37,623 nt of DNA from a virus (lineage: Duplodnaviria; Caudoviricetes). Every line of letters begins with the position of its first letter. The first letter of the stretch is position 1. A program made the translations under genes and the position numbers. Under the pieces are notes generated by a model. It did not search any database. It was not told where the DNA came from and saw only the letters and a program-made list of their open reading frames with translations. Shown here in pieces: positions 15,358 through 24,856 of the stretch. The stretch is taken from IMG/VR virus record IMGVR_UViG_3300030095_006136, positions 1-37,623 of that record; one strand, 5' to 3'.

Positions 15358-17472
15358 ATGAGTTTTTTTGACGAAGTAGAAGACGATCACCCTGATCAAT
15401 CCAAATTAAAGCCCTTCCATATAGTCAAAGATAAAGATGATAAAAGTTTACTAGCCTGGCTTATTAAAACTAGTGAATCCCTTCAAAAACAAGCCGTCTC
15501 AAGAAATGCGAAAGCTCGTAAAAATTTAGAAGCTTACCGAGGATCTTCCTCAAATATCAAGCGTACAGACATTCGTCGTTCCGAACGTCAGTTTCTAAAT
15601 AAAGTGAATAAGTTTGTAGTCAATCACTTATATGACATGACTGAAACTCGCATTTCTCAGATGACTAGGTTAAAGGCAGCAATCGATGTAGTTCCTTCAA
15701 ATGATGAGTTTGAGGATAGAAATACAGCCAAAGCTGTTAAGTATCTTATAGATCATTTATGGTATATAAACGATATAGACACTATACGTCAAAAGATGCT
15801 TAGAAATGCTTTTATCTTTGGAGAGTCTTATTGTTTCATTGAATGGAATAAAGAGAAAGGCGATCTTCATCCTTCATACGTCATGGCTAGAGATAGAGGA
15901 ATAAAGTTAGATTATTTAGATGAAGAAGGTAATCAGATATATGATGAGGATGGAAAAGCTATAGTACTTGATCCAGATAAACCAATAAAAGTTGGAGATG
16001 TTACTTATTCTGTCGAACTTCCTTGGAGAGTCTTATTACAGAGAAAAAATAACTTTGAAGATGTAGATTATTTAATTAGAATATCTACTAAAGCTGTAGA
16101 CGATCTTAAGAAAAAATATCCAGATGCTAAAGAGAAACTTAAAGCTACTACTAATGTAAAGCAGTTTGACGCAGATTCTTTGAGTGATCATTTACTTGAG
16201 GAAGAAGTTGTTTGTTATGAATTCTTTCATAAAGATACAGAATTTGTACCTGGAGGAGCACGTATTCTTTTTACAGAGGATATCATATTAGAAGATGAAG
16301 AACTTCCTTATAGTCATGGAGATTTACCTATGATACGTTTAACTGATATGGATATTCCTGAGCAGTTAAATGGAGTCTCTGCTTATGAAATGGCACGTCC
16401 AATCCAAAGTATGCATGATAACATATCTACTTTAATAGCGAAAAATATTTATATGATGGGTCACTCTAAATGGGTAATGCCTAGAGGTGCTTGTAAGATT
16501 GAAAGTTTAGGTAATGATAACACAATTGTACAATACCAAGGACCTGTTCCTCCTCAAATGATACAAACTCAACCTAATCCTCCAGAAGCATATAATTTTA
16601 GAAATACTTTAAGAGATGAACTTGGACAGATTTATGGGATTCAAGGTGTATCTAGAGGAACTCCTCCTAAAGGAATTACTGCAGCAGTCGCGCTTCAGTT
16701 CTTAAATGAACAAGAACAAGAACGAGCTAATACAATGGTTATTAAACATAATATCATGGTTAAACAATTAGCTAGAAAGACTATAGCTGTTGCAGGTGAT
16801 TATTATGAACCTGATGATGGTAGAATGATACGTATTGTAGGTAAAAATAATAAGTTTTCAATTAGACATTTTGATACAGCCTCTTTAAGTAAAGATTATG
16901 ATGTCAGATTAGAATTAGGATCAGGCTTACCTGAAAGTAAAGCAGGTAGAATTCAAAGAATTGTAGAGATTATGCAAATGAAACCAGATTTACTTTCCAA
17001 TGAAAGATGGATTGATTTATTAGATCTTGGTAATACAGAGAAGATGAGTTCATTAATTACTGTTGCTATTAGAGCTGCAGAGTCTGAAAACGAAGATATA
17101 ATGGCAGGACGTCCAGTAGAAGAGCCAAAGGATTATGAAGATCATATAGCTCACTGGAAATGTCATGTAAAATCTATACAAGATCGTACTTTTAAAGAAG
17201 AATGTACACCTGAATATAGAGAAGAATTATTAGAACATCTAGCTATACATGAGTTTTTAATGACTCAAAAAGCAATAGTTAGTCCTAATTTTGAGGCGCA
17301 GTTAGCCACATTGGCAGCCTTTCCAATATTTCCTAGAGGGTTTACTCCTAGATCTGCAGAACAACAAACTGTAGTAGTACAAGGAGAAGCTAATAGAGGA
17401 GATCCTATTACTGGACAGATTCCAGGGCAAGATAGAACAAATCAAATTGACACAAATCAGGGAGATCAATAA
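15358..17472 (+). CDS. portal protein (P22-like podovirus size)
   Basis: 704 aa, follows TerL; ARPIQSMHDNISTLI, YGIQGVSRG, TAAVALQFLNEQ patterns typical of podoviral portals. Confidence 0.8.
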   Translation: MSFFDEVEDDHPDQSKLKPFHIVKDKDDKSLLAWLIKTSESLQKQAVSRNAKARKNLEAYRGSSSNIKRTDIRRSERQFLNKVNKFVVNHLYDMTETRISQMTRLKAAIDVVPSNDEFEDRNTAKAVKYLIDHLWYINDIDTIRQKMLRNAFIFGESYCFIEWNKEKGDLHPSYVMARDRGIKLDYLDEEGNQIYDEDGKAIVLDPDKPIKVGDVTYSVELPWRVLLQRKNNFEDVDYLIRISTKAVDDLKKKYPDAKEKLKATTNVKQFDADSLSDHLLEEEVVCYEFFHKDTEFVPGGARILFTEDIILEDEELPYSHGDLPMIRLTDMDIPEQLNGVSAYEMARPIQSMHDNISTLIAKNIYMMGHSKWVMPRGACKIESLGNDNTIVQYQGPVPPQMIQTQPNPPEAYNFRNTLRDELGQIYGIQGVSRGTPPKGITAAVALQFLNEQEQERANTMVIKHNIMVKQLARKTIAVAGDYYEPDDGRMIRIVGKNNKFSIRHFDTASLSKDYDVRLELGSGLPESKAGRIQRIVEIMQMKPDLLSNERWIDLLDLGNTEKMSSLITVAIRAAESENEDIMAGRPVEEPKDYEDHIAHWKCHVKSIQDRTFKEECTPEYREELLEHLAIHEFLMTQKAIVSPNFEAQLATLAAFPIFPRGFTPRSAEQQTVVVQGEANRGDPITGQIPGQDRTNQIDTNQGDQ

Positions 17473-18689
17473 TGAGTGAATTAAAAGAATCATCAGAAAC
17501 AACAGAAACAACAGAAGCTGTTAGTCAAACACAAACATTAAATGAAACAGTAGAAACAGCTCCAGAAGCAGCTCAGGATGCAGAAGCATTAACTTTTGAT
17601 GACCTTGATAATTTAGTAGATGGGAGATCTGATAAGGAGTTAGTTAGTGAGGCTAAAAAAGAAGTTAAGACTTCGGGAAAAGAAAACAAATCACAGGATG
17701 AAGGACTTGGTAAAGATGAAACGAATCAAGTTGAAAAAGAAGCGTCTAAAAAGGATACTCCGAAAGAAGAAGTTACAGAAGAAGAAATTGAAGACATTAA
17801 AAAGCTTATTGCTAAATATGGTGACGAAGAACTTGAAATAGCATCTAATGCGCTATTTAAACATAAAGTAGATGGAGAGGATGTAGATGTTTCTCTACAA
17901 GATTTATTAAATAATTATAGTGGAAAAGTATCTTATGATAAAAAATTCCAAGAGTTTTCTAGTAATAAAAAAGAATTAGAGGATACCCAGCAAAAACATG
18001 AGTATGAAATTGGACAGATCAATGAGTACATTAATAACTTTGCTACAAAAATTAAAGAAGAAGATGCTCTAGGAGCATTAGAATATTTTGCAGAATTCTC
18101 AGGTATGAAACCCTATGAATTTAGAACAGAACTTATTAGACAAATTGCCCCAGAAGTAGAAAGAAGATCTATAATGTCTCCAGAAGAAGTTGAAAATGAA
18201 AATCTACGGGCACAAAACGAATATTTAATACGCCAACAAGAGTCTGAAACTCAATATAAAAGTACTGAACAAGCCCAAAAGGAACTCGGTATGGAAATAA
18301 AAAGTATTCAGGAAGCTCATGGTATATCAGATGAAGATTTTGAGTCAGCCTATTATGAATTAACTGAATCAGGCTACGACGGGAATATAGATCCTGCTAC
18401 AGTTGCAGAGTACTACACGCACTCTAAAGCTTACTCCAAAGCAGAATCTGTATTAAGTCAAGTCGATTCCAATCTTACCAATAATGATCAAGTTGTTGAA
18501 AGCTTTCAAAAAGTGATTGTGGAGAATCCCTCTTTTGATGACAACGACTTATTAGAAATTGTTCAAGATGTTTACGGTGGCTACAAAAAAGAAGCATCTA
18601 AAAAAGTTTCAAAGAAACTACCAGTTTCTGAGAAACCAACTAAAAAGTCCAGGAGCAAAGAAGACTTTGTCTCTTTTGAGGACTTTTAA
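17472..18689 (+). CDS. capsid scaffolding protein
   Basis: Very acidic and helical, KVDGEDVDVSLQDL motif, between portal and capsid. Confidence 0.75.
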   Translation: MSELKESSETTETTEAVSQTQTLNETVETAPEAAQDAEALTFDDLDNLVDGRSDKELVSEAKKEVKTSGKENKSQDEGLGKDETNQVEKEASKKDTPKEEVTEEEIEDIKKLIAKYGDEELEIASNALFKHKVDGEDVDVSLQDLLNNYSGKVSYDKKFQEFSSNKKELEDTQQKHEYEIGQINEYINNFATKIKEEDALGALEYFAEFSGMKPYEFRTELIRQIAPEVERRSIMSPEEVENENLRAQNEYLIRQQESETQYKSTEQAQKELGMEIKSIQEAHGISDEDFESAYYELTESGYDGNIDPATVAEYYTHSKAYSKAESVLSQVDSNLTNNDQVVESFQKVIVENPSFDDNDLLEIVQDVYGGYKKEASKKVSKKLPVSEKPTKKSRSKEDFVSFEDF

Positions 18690-18713
18690 ACTTAATTAAC
18701 TAAGGAGTTAATA

Positions 18714-19907
18714 ATGTCAAGTGAACGATTATTTAGTTTGACGGAAGCTTCAGCTCTTTTTAAAATAAAGTATGAAAAGCTTTCTGAAAACGTATACAAC
18801 TCTGCCAATGTATTATTGGGACGTTGTAAAAAATCGTATAATTTTACAGGTAAGCAACTTAACATTGCAATTCCCCAATCATTTAGTGGTGGTGTTGGTT
18901 CTGGATCTCTTCCAAAAGCAAACACAGCTATTTATGGGGATGCACAGATTACATCTAAAAAGATGTACGCTGTTGTTGAGTTAGATCGTGAATCAATTAA
19001 AGCCGCTCTCTCTGATGAGGGTGCTTTTGTTCGCGCTACCAAAGAAGTTGTACAGAAGGGTGTTGAATCCTTTATGAGAAACCTTTCTAGAGCTCTTTTT
19101 TCTGATAGTACAGGTGCTTTAGGTACTTGTGCAGGGACTCCCTCTGTAGCAGATGGTAACACTACTGTAACTATTTCTAATTTCAAAGAAGCAAACTTTG
19201 AAGAAAGAGATTTAGTAAATGTTGATTCTGGTTCTACTGCAATTGAAATTGTATCAGTAGATCCTGCTAATTCACAAGTTACTTTAAAGGGTGACGTATC
19301 AGCAACAGCAGTAGATACGGCTATTCTTTATATGCAGGGTTCTAAGGATAATGATCCTGACGGACTAAAAGGTGTTTGTGATGCTACTACAGGCTCTAAT
19401 TATAACATTAGTGTTTCACGTAGATGGCAATCACATCAAAAGGCAGCCGCTTCAGCAGCAATTTCTACTGACTTGCTAAATGAAATGATGTTAGCAGTTA
19501 AGAAAAAAGCAGGCAAGTCGCCTAATCTTATTGTTTGTTCTTACACGCAATATGAAAAAATCTTAAATCTTCTTGAAGATCAAAAAAGATATCAAGTACC
19601 AACAAGAGCTGGACTTAAGTCCAAGTCTGGTGCTGATATTTCTTTTTCTGGTGTAGAATTTATGTCCGTTGATGGACCTGTTGGTATCTTTCCAGAAAGA
19701 TTTGTTGAAGATGATAGAATCTATTTTCTTAATGATAATCATATCCAAATTCATCACCGTCCAGATTTTGGTTGGTTTGATGATGACGGAACGGTATTCC
19801 TAAGGAAAGCTGATTCTGATGCTTATGAAGCACGGTATGGTGGGTATTTAAATATATACATCAACCCATGTTTTCATGGAGTATTAACTGGATTATCTAC
19901 TAGTTAG
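18714..19907 (+). CDS. major capsid protein
   Basis: 397 aa, strong AAGGAG RBS, after scaffold, followed by a terminator; HK97-like features (DGLKG, terminal HGVLTGL). Confidence 0.82.
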   Translation: MSSERLFSLTEASALFKIKYEKLSENVYNSANVLLGRCKKSYNFTGKQLNIAIPQSFSGGVGSGSLPKANTAIYGDAQITSKKMYAVVELDRESIKAALSDEGAFVRATKEVVQKGVESFMRNLSRALFSDSTGALGTCAGTPSVADGNTTVTISNFKEANFEERDLVNVDSGSTAIEIVSVDPANSQVTLKGDVSATAVDTAILYMQGSKDNDPDGLKGVCDATTGSNYNISVSRRWQSHQKAAASAAISTDLLNEMMLAVKKKAGKSPNLIVCSYTQYEKILNLLEDQKRYQVPTRAGLKSKSGADISFSGVEFMSVDGPVGIFPERFVEDDRIYFLNDNHIQIHHRPDFGWFDDDGTVFLRKADSDAYEARYGGYLNIYINPCFHGVLTGLSTS

Positions 19908-19952
19908 AGATAAGTAACCTAAAAAAGAGATGTTTCTCTCCCTGCATCTCTC

Positions 19953-19981
19953 CCCCCGAGATTAAAACCTTGGGGGTTTTT
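19953..19981 (+). terminator. intrinsic terminator after the capsid gene
   Basis: CCCCCGAG-ATTAAAAC-CTTGGGGG followed by TTTTT. Confidence 0.7.
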
Positions 19982-20003
19982 AGGGAGAGTTTATAAGGTA
20001 AAC

Positions 20004-21710
20004 ATGAGCTCATCGCATAAGAAAAATTTAACCGTTGGAGCAACTACTACTAAAGGAGCTGGTGCTGCTATTATTGGAGATACTATTGTATTACCTCCAG
20101 ATAGTGAAGAACTTCTTTTAGCAATTACTGCAGATGATTCAATCTCAGGAGACGTTAAGGCAACTTTAGAAGTTTCTGCAGACGGGGTTAATTGGACAGA
20201 AGCACAGACATCAACAGGAGCGGCAGGTGGAGGTATTCCTGCTAGGATTAGTATTGATAATGTTGATAATCAAATATCTAATAATATTGTTAATACCCCA
20301 GTTTTAGATGCAGCTCAATATACAGATGTATGTAGAGTGTCTTTTGCAGGATCTTTAGAGGCAATAGATGCAGAATATAGTTTAACTTTATCAGGAGATG
20401 ATGCTGCTAATTATAGATTAAATAATGTAACTTCAGGAGATGTTTCAGCTCCAGTTACTGCCCAGTTTGAGGATGATGTTGTATTAGAAACAGCCTCTAC
20501 ATTTGCATTTACTACAACGGGATATAACCATGATGTAACTATTACCGTAGTAGAAGATGGAGCATCCTCTACAGATACAGTAAATTTAAATTGTACACGA
20601 ACGGTACCTGCAACACTATCAAATGGATCAGTTGCAGTTTTAGAAGGTGATTCTGCAGATGGAACTGACGTATCTACTTTGACTCCCGGCGGAGGACCTA
20701 CAGGATGTACTTATAGTTTAGCGATTACAGGTACGGATGCCGCCTATTATAGAATTCATAATACTACTGCAGGAACTAAGTCTGATGATAGCGCTCCTTT
20801 AAAAACATTATCTGGGATTGCTAGCGGAAACTCTATTGTTTTAGAGACAGATGAGTTATTTAATTTTAGTGAAGCAACAACCCATTCAATAACTATAACA
20901 AATACAGAGTCTTCTACAGGAAATACAGCTTCTGTAAACTTAACAATTACAGTTAATGCTGTTGTATCTTTTTCAAATAATAAATATTTATACTTTGACA
21001 CGGTAGAAACTGATCAATTTTTAACGACTGGGACTCAGTCAGATTACGATGATTCAGATAGTTTTTGGTTTAGAAGAAGAACAGATAAATGGACAATTTC
21101 ATTTTGGTATAAAAGTACTAGCACAGCTACTTCAACTATTTTTGCTTCTGGTTATGGCTCTGGTAGTACTCCAGGAATCCTTTGGTATAATGGTGGTAGT
21201 GGTAGTCTTTCAGAATTTTACTTTTGGTCAACCAATGGTAAACATGGCAGGTTTAGATGGTCTCATATAGGATCACTTTTTGATGGGAACTGGCACCACA
21301 TTGCTATAACTTGGGATGGACCTGGTGCTGTAACGGCTGGACAAGCCAATGCAAACGATTACTTAAAAATATATGATAATGGATCAGCGATAACAACAGC
21401 GTATACCGCAGTTGGTACTTGGTTAGATGCTGACGATGAAACTTCAAATACTACTACTCACTTTGCTTTTGGTGATAATGGATCTATTGCTAACCAGGTA
21501 ATGTCAGTTGACGATATTGCTATATGGAAAACAGATCTAAGCGCATCACAGATAAGTACGATATATAACTCAGGCACACCTAACAGTGTAGCAACAATTG
21601 AAGCAAGTAATTTAAAACGATATTATTTATTTGAAGATAGTGATGGAACAGATGACGCAGGAAATTTTACAGCAACAATTGGGTCAGCAGCTAATGTAGA
21701 GGATCATTAA
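20004..21710 (+). CDS. virion adhesin: partial small-virion-protein domain, two cadherin-like repeats, C-terminal LamG/ConA-like domain
   Basis: Repeats YSLTLSGDDAANYRL..VVLET and YSLAITGTDAAYYRI..IVLET; LamG motifs WTISFWYK, DGNWHHIAITW, DDIAIW..LSASQI..IYN.G. Confidence 0.75.
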   Translation: MSSSHKKNLTVGATTTKGAGAAIIGDTIVLPPDSEELLLAITADDSISGDVKATLEVSADGVNWTEAQTSTGAAGGGIPARISIDNVDNQISNNIVNTPVLDAAQYTDVCRVSFAGSLEAIDAEYSLTLSGDDAANYRLNNVTSGDVSAPVTAQFEDDVVLETASTFAFTTTGYNHDVTITVVEDGASSTDTVNLNCTRTVPATLSNGSVAVLEGDSADGTDVSTLTPGGGPTGCTYSLAITGTDAAYYRIHNTTAGTKSDDSAPLKTLSGIASGNSIVLETDELFNFSEATTHSITITNTESSTGNTASVNLTITVNAVVSFSNNKYLYFDTVETDQFLTTGTQSDYDDSDSFWFRRRTDKWTISFWYKSTSTATSTIFASGYGSGSTPGILWYNGGSGSLSEFYFWSTNGKHGRFRWSHIGSLFDGNWHHIAITWDGPGAVTAGQANANDYLKIYDNGSAITTAYTAVGTWLDADDETSNTTTHFAFGDNGSIANQVMSVDDIAIWKTDLSASQISTIYNSGTPNSVATIEASNLKRYYLFEDSDGTDDAGNFTATIGSAANVEDH

Positions 21711-21711
21711 C

Positions 21712-22005
21712 ATGAAAGAATATATAAGTATAGAAACTAGAGATATGTTTGAAGGCTTATTAAATGAGGTAAAAAGGTTTGCCCAAATCTTGGACTTAAG
21801 AATAGGATTAGGGTCGTTACTAAGAAAAGAAAAAGAGAAAGAATTTATAACATTATATAATCAATGGTTATCTGCATGTCAGGAGCGTAATTTAATTAGA
21901 CAAACTTTAAGTACTCGACAAAGTAGAAAACACCATTGGGATACAAGAAAAGATATAAATAATGAACGTAGAAAAGTTTTAGCGAGGTTATTAAATGGCA
22001 AATAA
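21712..22005 (+). CDS. hypothetical basic helical protein
   Basis: 97 aa, GAGG RBS; composition unlike the flanking virion genes. Confidence 0.55.
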   Translation: MKEYISIETRDMFEGLLNEVKRFAQILDLRIGLGSLLRKEKEKEFITLYNQWLSACQERNLIRQTLSTRQSRKHHWDTRKDINNERRKVLARLLNGK

Positions 22006-22180
22006 TAGTAATTATGATAAAGTAGAAGTTACCTCCGTAACCGCATCTACAATGGAAATTAAAGATATTAAAAGTGCAATGCCTCAATATATTAGAATTA
22101 AGTGGACTGGAGCAGGTACTTGTGATCTAGGTGATGATAAGTGTAAAGCTGAATTATGGTTTAAACTAAGGAAAAGATAA
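21995..22180 (+). CDS. small virion protein resembling the C-terminal half of the 22180..22548 protein
   Basis: GAGG RBS; VEVT...PQYIRIKW...CKAELWF..RKR. Confidence 0.6.
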   Translation: MANNSNYDKVEVTSVTASTMEIKDIKSAMPQYIRIKWTGAGTCDLGDDKCKAELWFKLRKR

Positions 22181-22548
22181 TGGCATCTGCTTATCATTTA
22201 CTATTGTGTGAAGATGTAACAGTTCCAACAGGAGCTTCTACATATACTGCTCAAGATATTAAAGTATTAGCGTCTACCTCTACGGAGTATATTTTAGTAT
22301 GTACTATAGCAGGAGCCGCAGGATCAATTCGCTTAGAACATTCTGCAGATAAAACAAATTGGACAGAGGTAAAAGATGTAGATAAGGCTGTTATCCAAGT
22401 AGAAGCAACGGATACCGCAAACACAGCATTTATGGTTTGGGTGGATACACCCTTATTACAATACGTAAGAGCAAAAGTTGGTAATGCTACAAGTGTTACT
22501 GGAACAATTACATGCACTGTAAGATTACAGTACAACACAAAAAAATAG
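22180..22548 (+). CDS. small beta-rich virion protein (decoration/spike-like)
   Basis: LEHSADKTNW...LQYVRAKV pattern. Confidence 0.6.
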   Translation: MASAYHLLLCEDVTVPTGASTYTAQDIKVLASTSTEYILVCTIAGAAGSIRLEHSADKTNWTEVKDVDKAVIQVEATDTANTAFMVWVDTPLLQYVRAKVGNATSVTGTITCTVRLQYNTKK

Positions 22549-22557
22549 GAGTCTTAA

Positions 22558-22815
22558 ATGGCAGGCGTGGCATCACAATCAAAGAGTTTAACAACAGGAG
22601 AGGTATTTATATTACCTCCTTATGCAGATGAAATTTTAATCTCAGCAGCATCAAATCCTAATGTAGAAACGTCTCCAGACGGAACTACGTACTATGATAC
22701 AACTTTAACATCATTAGTAGGGACAACATTATATGCTATTGATGAAACTATTTTTCCTTATATAAAATGCACTGATAAAGCAATTACAGTTCATTATAGA
22801 GTAAGTAAGAGGTAA
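22558..22815 (+). CDS. small beta-rich virion protein, same family
   Basis: ILPPYADEILI, VETSPDGTTY, FPYIK; AGGAG RBS. Confidence 0.6.
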   Translation: MAGVASQSKSLTTGEVFILPPYADEILISAASNPNVETSPDGTTYYDTTLTSLVGTTLYAIDETIFPYIKCTDKAITVHYRVSKR

Positions 22816-22818
22816 TAC

Positions 22819-23718
22819 ATGGCAGATAAAAAAGATTTAAAAAAGTTTAAGAATGGGATCAGATTAGATCCTTCATCAGCGCCTGCAAATCCAGATAAAG
22901 GTACTACCTATGTAGATACTAGTGGAAACCTACAGGTCCATGATGGATCCGATTTTGTTAATGTGTCAAGTAATCCTGTTATAACTATTCCTAATCAAAC
23001 TGTATTAGATGCCTATACCCCTGCTGAAGGAGACATAATAGTATGTACTGGTTCGGGTCAAGATTTTACAGCAAAAACATTAAAAAATGTAACAGTTATT
23101 GGAGCAGCCTATGGGGTAACGATGGAACTAGGGAATTGTACATATTCTGTTATTAGATCTGAATCAGATATTAAGTTTCATGGAGCCGCTGGACAAAATT
23201 TAATTAATTTAGATGTAATGTCATATGATACAGTAACTTTTTTAGATTGTGATTTAATACATCAATCTAGAGTAATATCACAAAATGTGTATTTTGGTAA
23301 TGAAAACTCTCCTTATGCCCTAGATGCATCAACAGCAGAAATAAGATTTCAACAAAGTCAATTATTTTGTAAGTTATTAAAAATATACCCTGATAATCCA
23401 AATACTAAAAAAATAGTATTTGACCAGTGTAAAGTAGATGTTACCGGGACAACCATACTACAAGTAGCAGGAGTTTTAATATTAGATGAATGTAGTTATC
23501 TTAGGACAGGTTATTTTCAAGGTGTAACAGGATCTCAAGTATGGTGTCATGATAATTCTCACCTACAATCCTTTGGACTAGATGATTCAACATCACTTAC
23601 ATATATGAATATATATAACTTTGATGGTTCTTCAGCTAAAAATACAGATCAAAGACAAATTAATGAAGAATTTTCAGTAAGGAAAGGTACTTTTAATGAT
23701 ACAAGTGTTTGGGGATAA
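22819..23718 (+). CDS. tail fibre/spike-like protein with probable beta-helix
   Basis: APANPDKGTTYVDTSGNLQVHDG anchor motif, then a short-strand Cys/Ile/Val-rich region. Confidence 0.55.
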   Translation: MADKKDLKKFKNGIRLDPSSAPANPDKGTTYVDTSGNLQVHDGSDFVNVSSNPVITIPNQTVLDAYTPAEGDIIVCTGSGQDFTAKTLKNVTVIGAAYGVTMELGNCTYSVIRSESDIKFHGAAGQNLINLDVMSYDTVTFLDCDLIHQSRVISQNVYFGNENSPYALDASTAEIRFQQSQLFCKLLKIYPDNPNTKKIVFDQCKVDVTGTTILQVAGVLILDECSYLRTGYFQGVTGSQVWCHDNSHLQSFGLDDSTSLTYMNIYNFDGSSAKNTDQRQINEEFSVRKGTFNDTSVWG

Positions 23719-23744
23719 ATAAATAAATTAAAAAAGGATAAAAT

Positions 23745-24275
23745 ATGCCATTGATTACATTAGGGGATGATACAGAGTTAAAACTTCAGATCCCATCAAA
23801 GGGTGACACTAACTGGTCAGAAGATATAAAGACATACTGCTTTCAGAAGATTGTTGATCACGATCATACCGGATCTTCGGGTAAAGGGAATCAAATCCCA
23901 TCAGGGGGTATAACTGATTTAGCCGTTACCACAGGTAAAGTGGCTGCAGATGCTATCACAGAAGCTAAAGTAGCTGATGATGCTATTCAAGTAGAACATA
24001 AATTAACTACTGTGCTTACTTTAGATGGATCTGCTCAAAGTTTAACAGGATTAGCTATGTCAGCAGATCAGGCATTTAAAATAACTTATAAGATAAATAA
24101 TGCAGCGGGAAGTTCTGTTCAAGTGGGAACAGCAATGGGACAGGCTGGAGATTTTGTTACTGATGAATTTGTAGGAACTGATTTGAGTGCTACTTATTCA
24201 TATAGTACAAATCAATTACAAATAACAGGAACAAATACCGATGTTTTAGAATATAGCATCGACTTTTTGGAGTAG
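23745..24275 (+). CDS. tail fibre-associated protein
   Basis: DHDHTG motif and AVTTGKVAADAITEAKVADDAI 10-residue fibre repeats. Confidence 0.55.
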   Translation: MPLITLGDDTELKLQIPSKGDTNWSEDIKTYCFQKIVDHDHTGSSGKGNQIPSGGITDLAVTTGKVAADAITEAKVADDAIQVEHKLTTVLTLDGSAQSLTGLAMSADQAFKITYKINNAAGSSVQVGTAMGQAGDFVTDEFVGTDLSATYSYSTNQLQITGTNTDVLEYSIDFLE

Positions 24276-24277
24276 GT

Positions 24278-24847
24278 ATGGCAAAGAGACAATTAGGGGA
24301 TTATGGAGGAGTAGGTACTAAAAACTGGCTTACTTCTGTAAATAGACAATTAGGTAGTCAAGTTCCAACAGATCCTACGACATCATTTGCACAGAAGTGG
24401 GCTCCGGGAGGAGAAGCTATAGAGGAAGCTACTGGTGTTCAAGAGATTTCAAAGAAAGTTAAGGAAAAACAAATAGAGAAAGTAAAAGGAGATCTTAGCG
24501 GAGCTGGTGGGGCTAAACAAGCCGGGGCTCAAATGGCAGGACAACTAGTCCAGGGATCAGGAATGTTTGGAGATAGTGATGTAGGAGGAGGACTTGAACA
24601 AGGTGCTTCTTATGCGTTAGCTGCTGGATTAGGAGGAGGTCTTGCGGCTATTAATCCTTGGATGCTAGGAGGATCTATTCTATTAGGATCTTTATCCTCA
24701 AGGTCTAAAAGGAAGGCACAGGAAGCTGCAGACAGAAAGGCAGCGATTAGATCATCAGAGGAATCTAAAATGAGGGCACGTTCAGAATTTGCTCAAGGAA
24801 TGAGACAAATATTTCAAACTAGTGCACAGAGACGACTTAATTTATAA
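24278..24847 (+). CDS. putative internal virion/ejection protein
   Basis: Gly/Ala-rich hydrophobic segment followed by a basic helix. Confidence 0.5.
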   Translation: MAKRQLGDYGGVGTKNWLTSVNRQLGSQVPTDPTTSFAQKWAPGGEAIEEATGVQEISKKVKEKQIEKVKGDLSGAGGAKQAGAQMAGQLVQGSGMFGDSDVGGGLEQGASYALAAGLGGGLAAINPWMLGGSILLGSLSSRSKRKAQEAADRKAAIRSSEESKMRARSEFAQGMRQIFQTSAQRRLNL

Positions 24848-24856
24848 GGAATACAA

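Noticed and set aside
20205-21994. Intron, intein or IS element as the cause of the split virion gene
   Set aside because: No transposase, homing endonuclease, intein termini, target-site duplication or group I/II core is visible; the insert encodes adhesin domains
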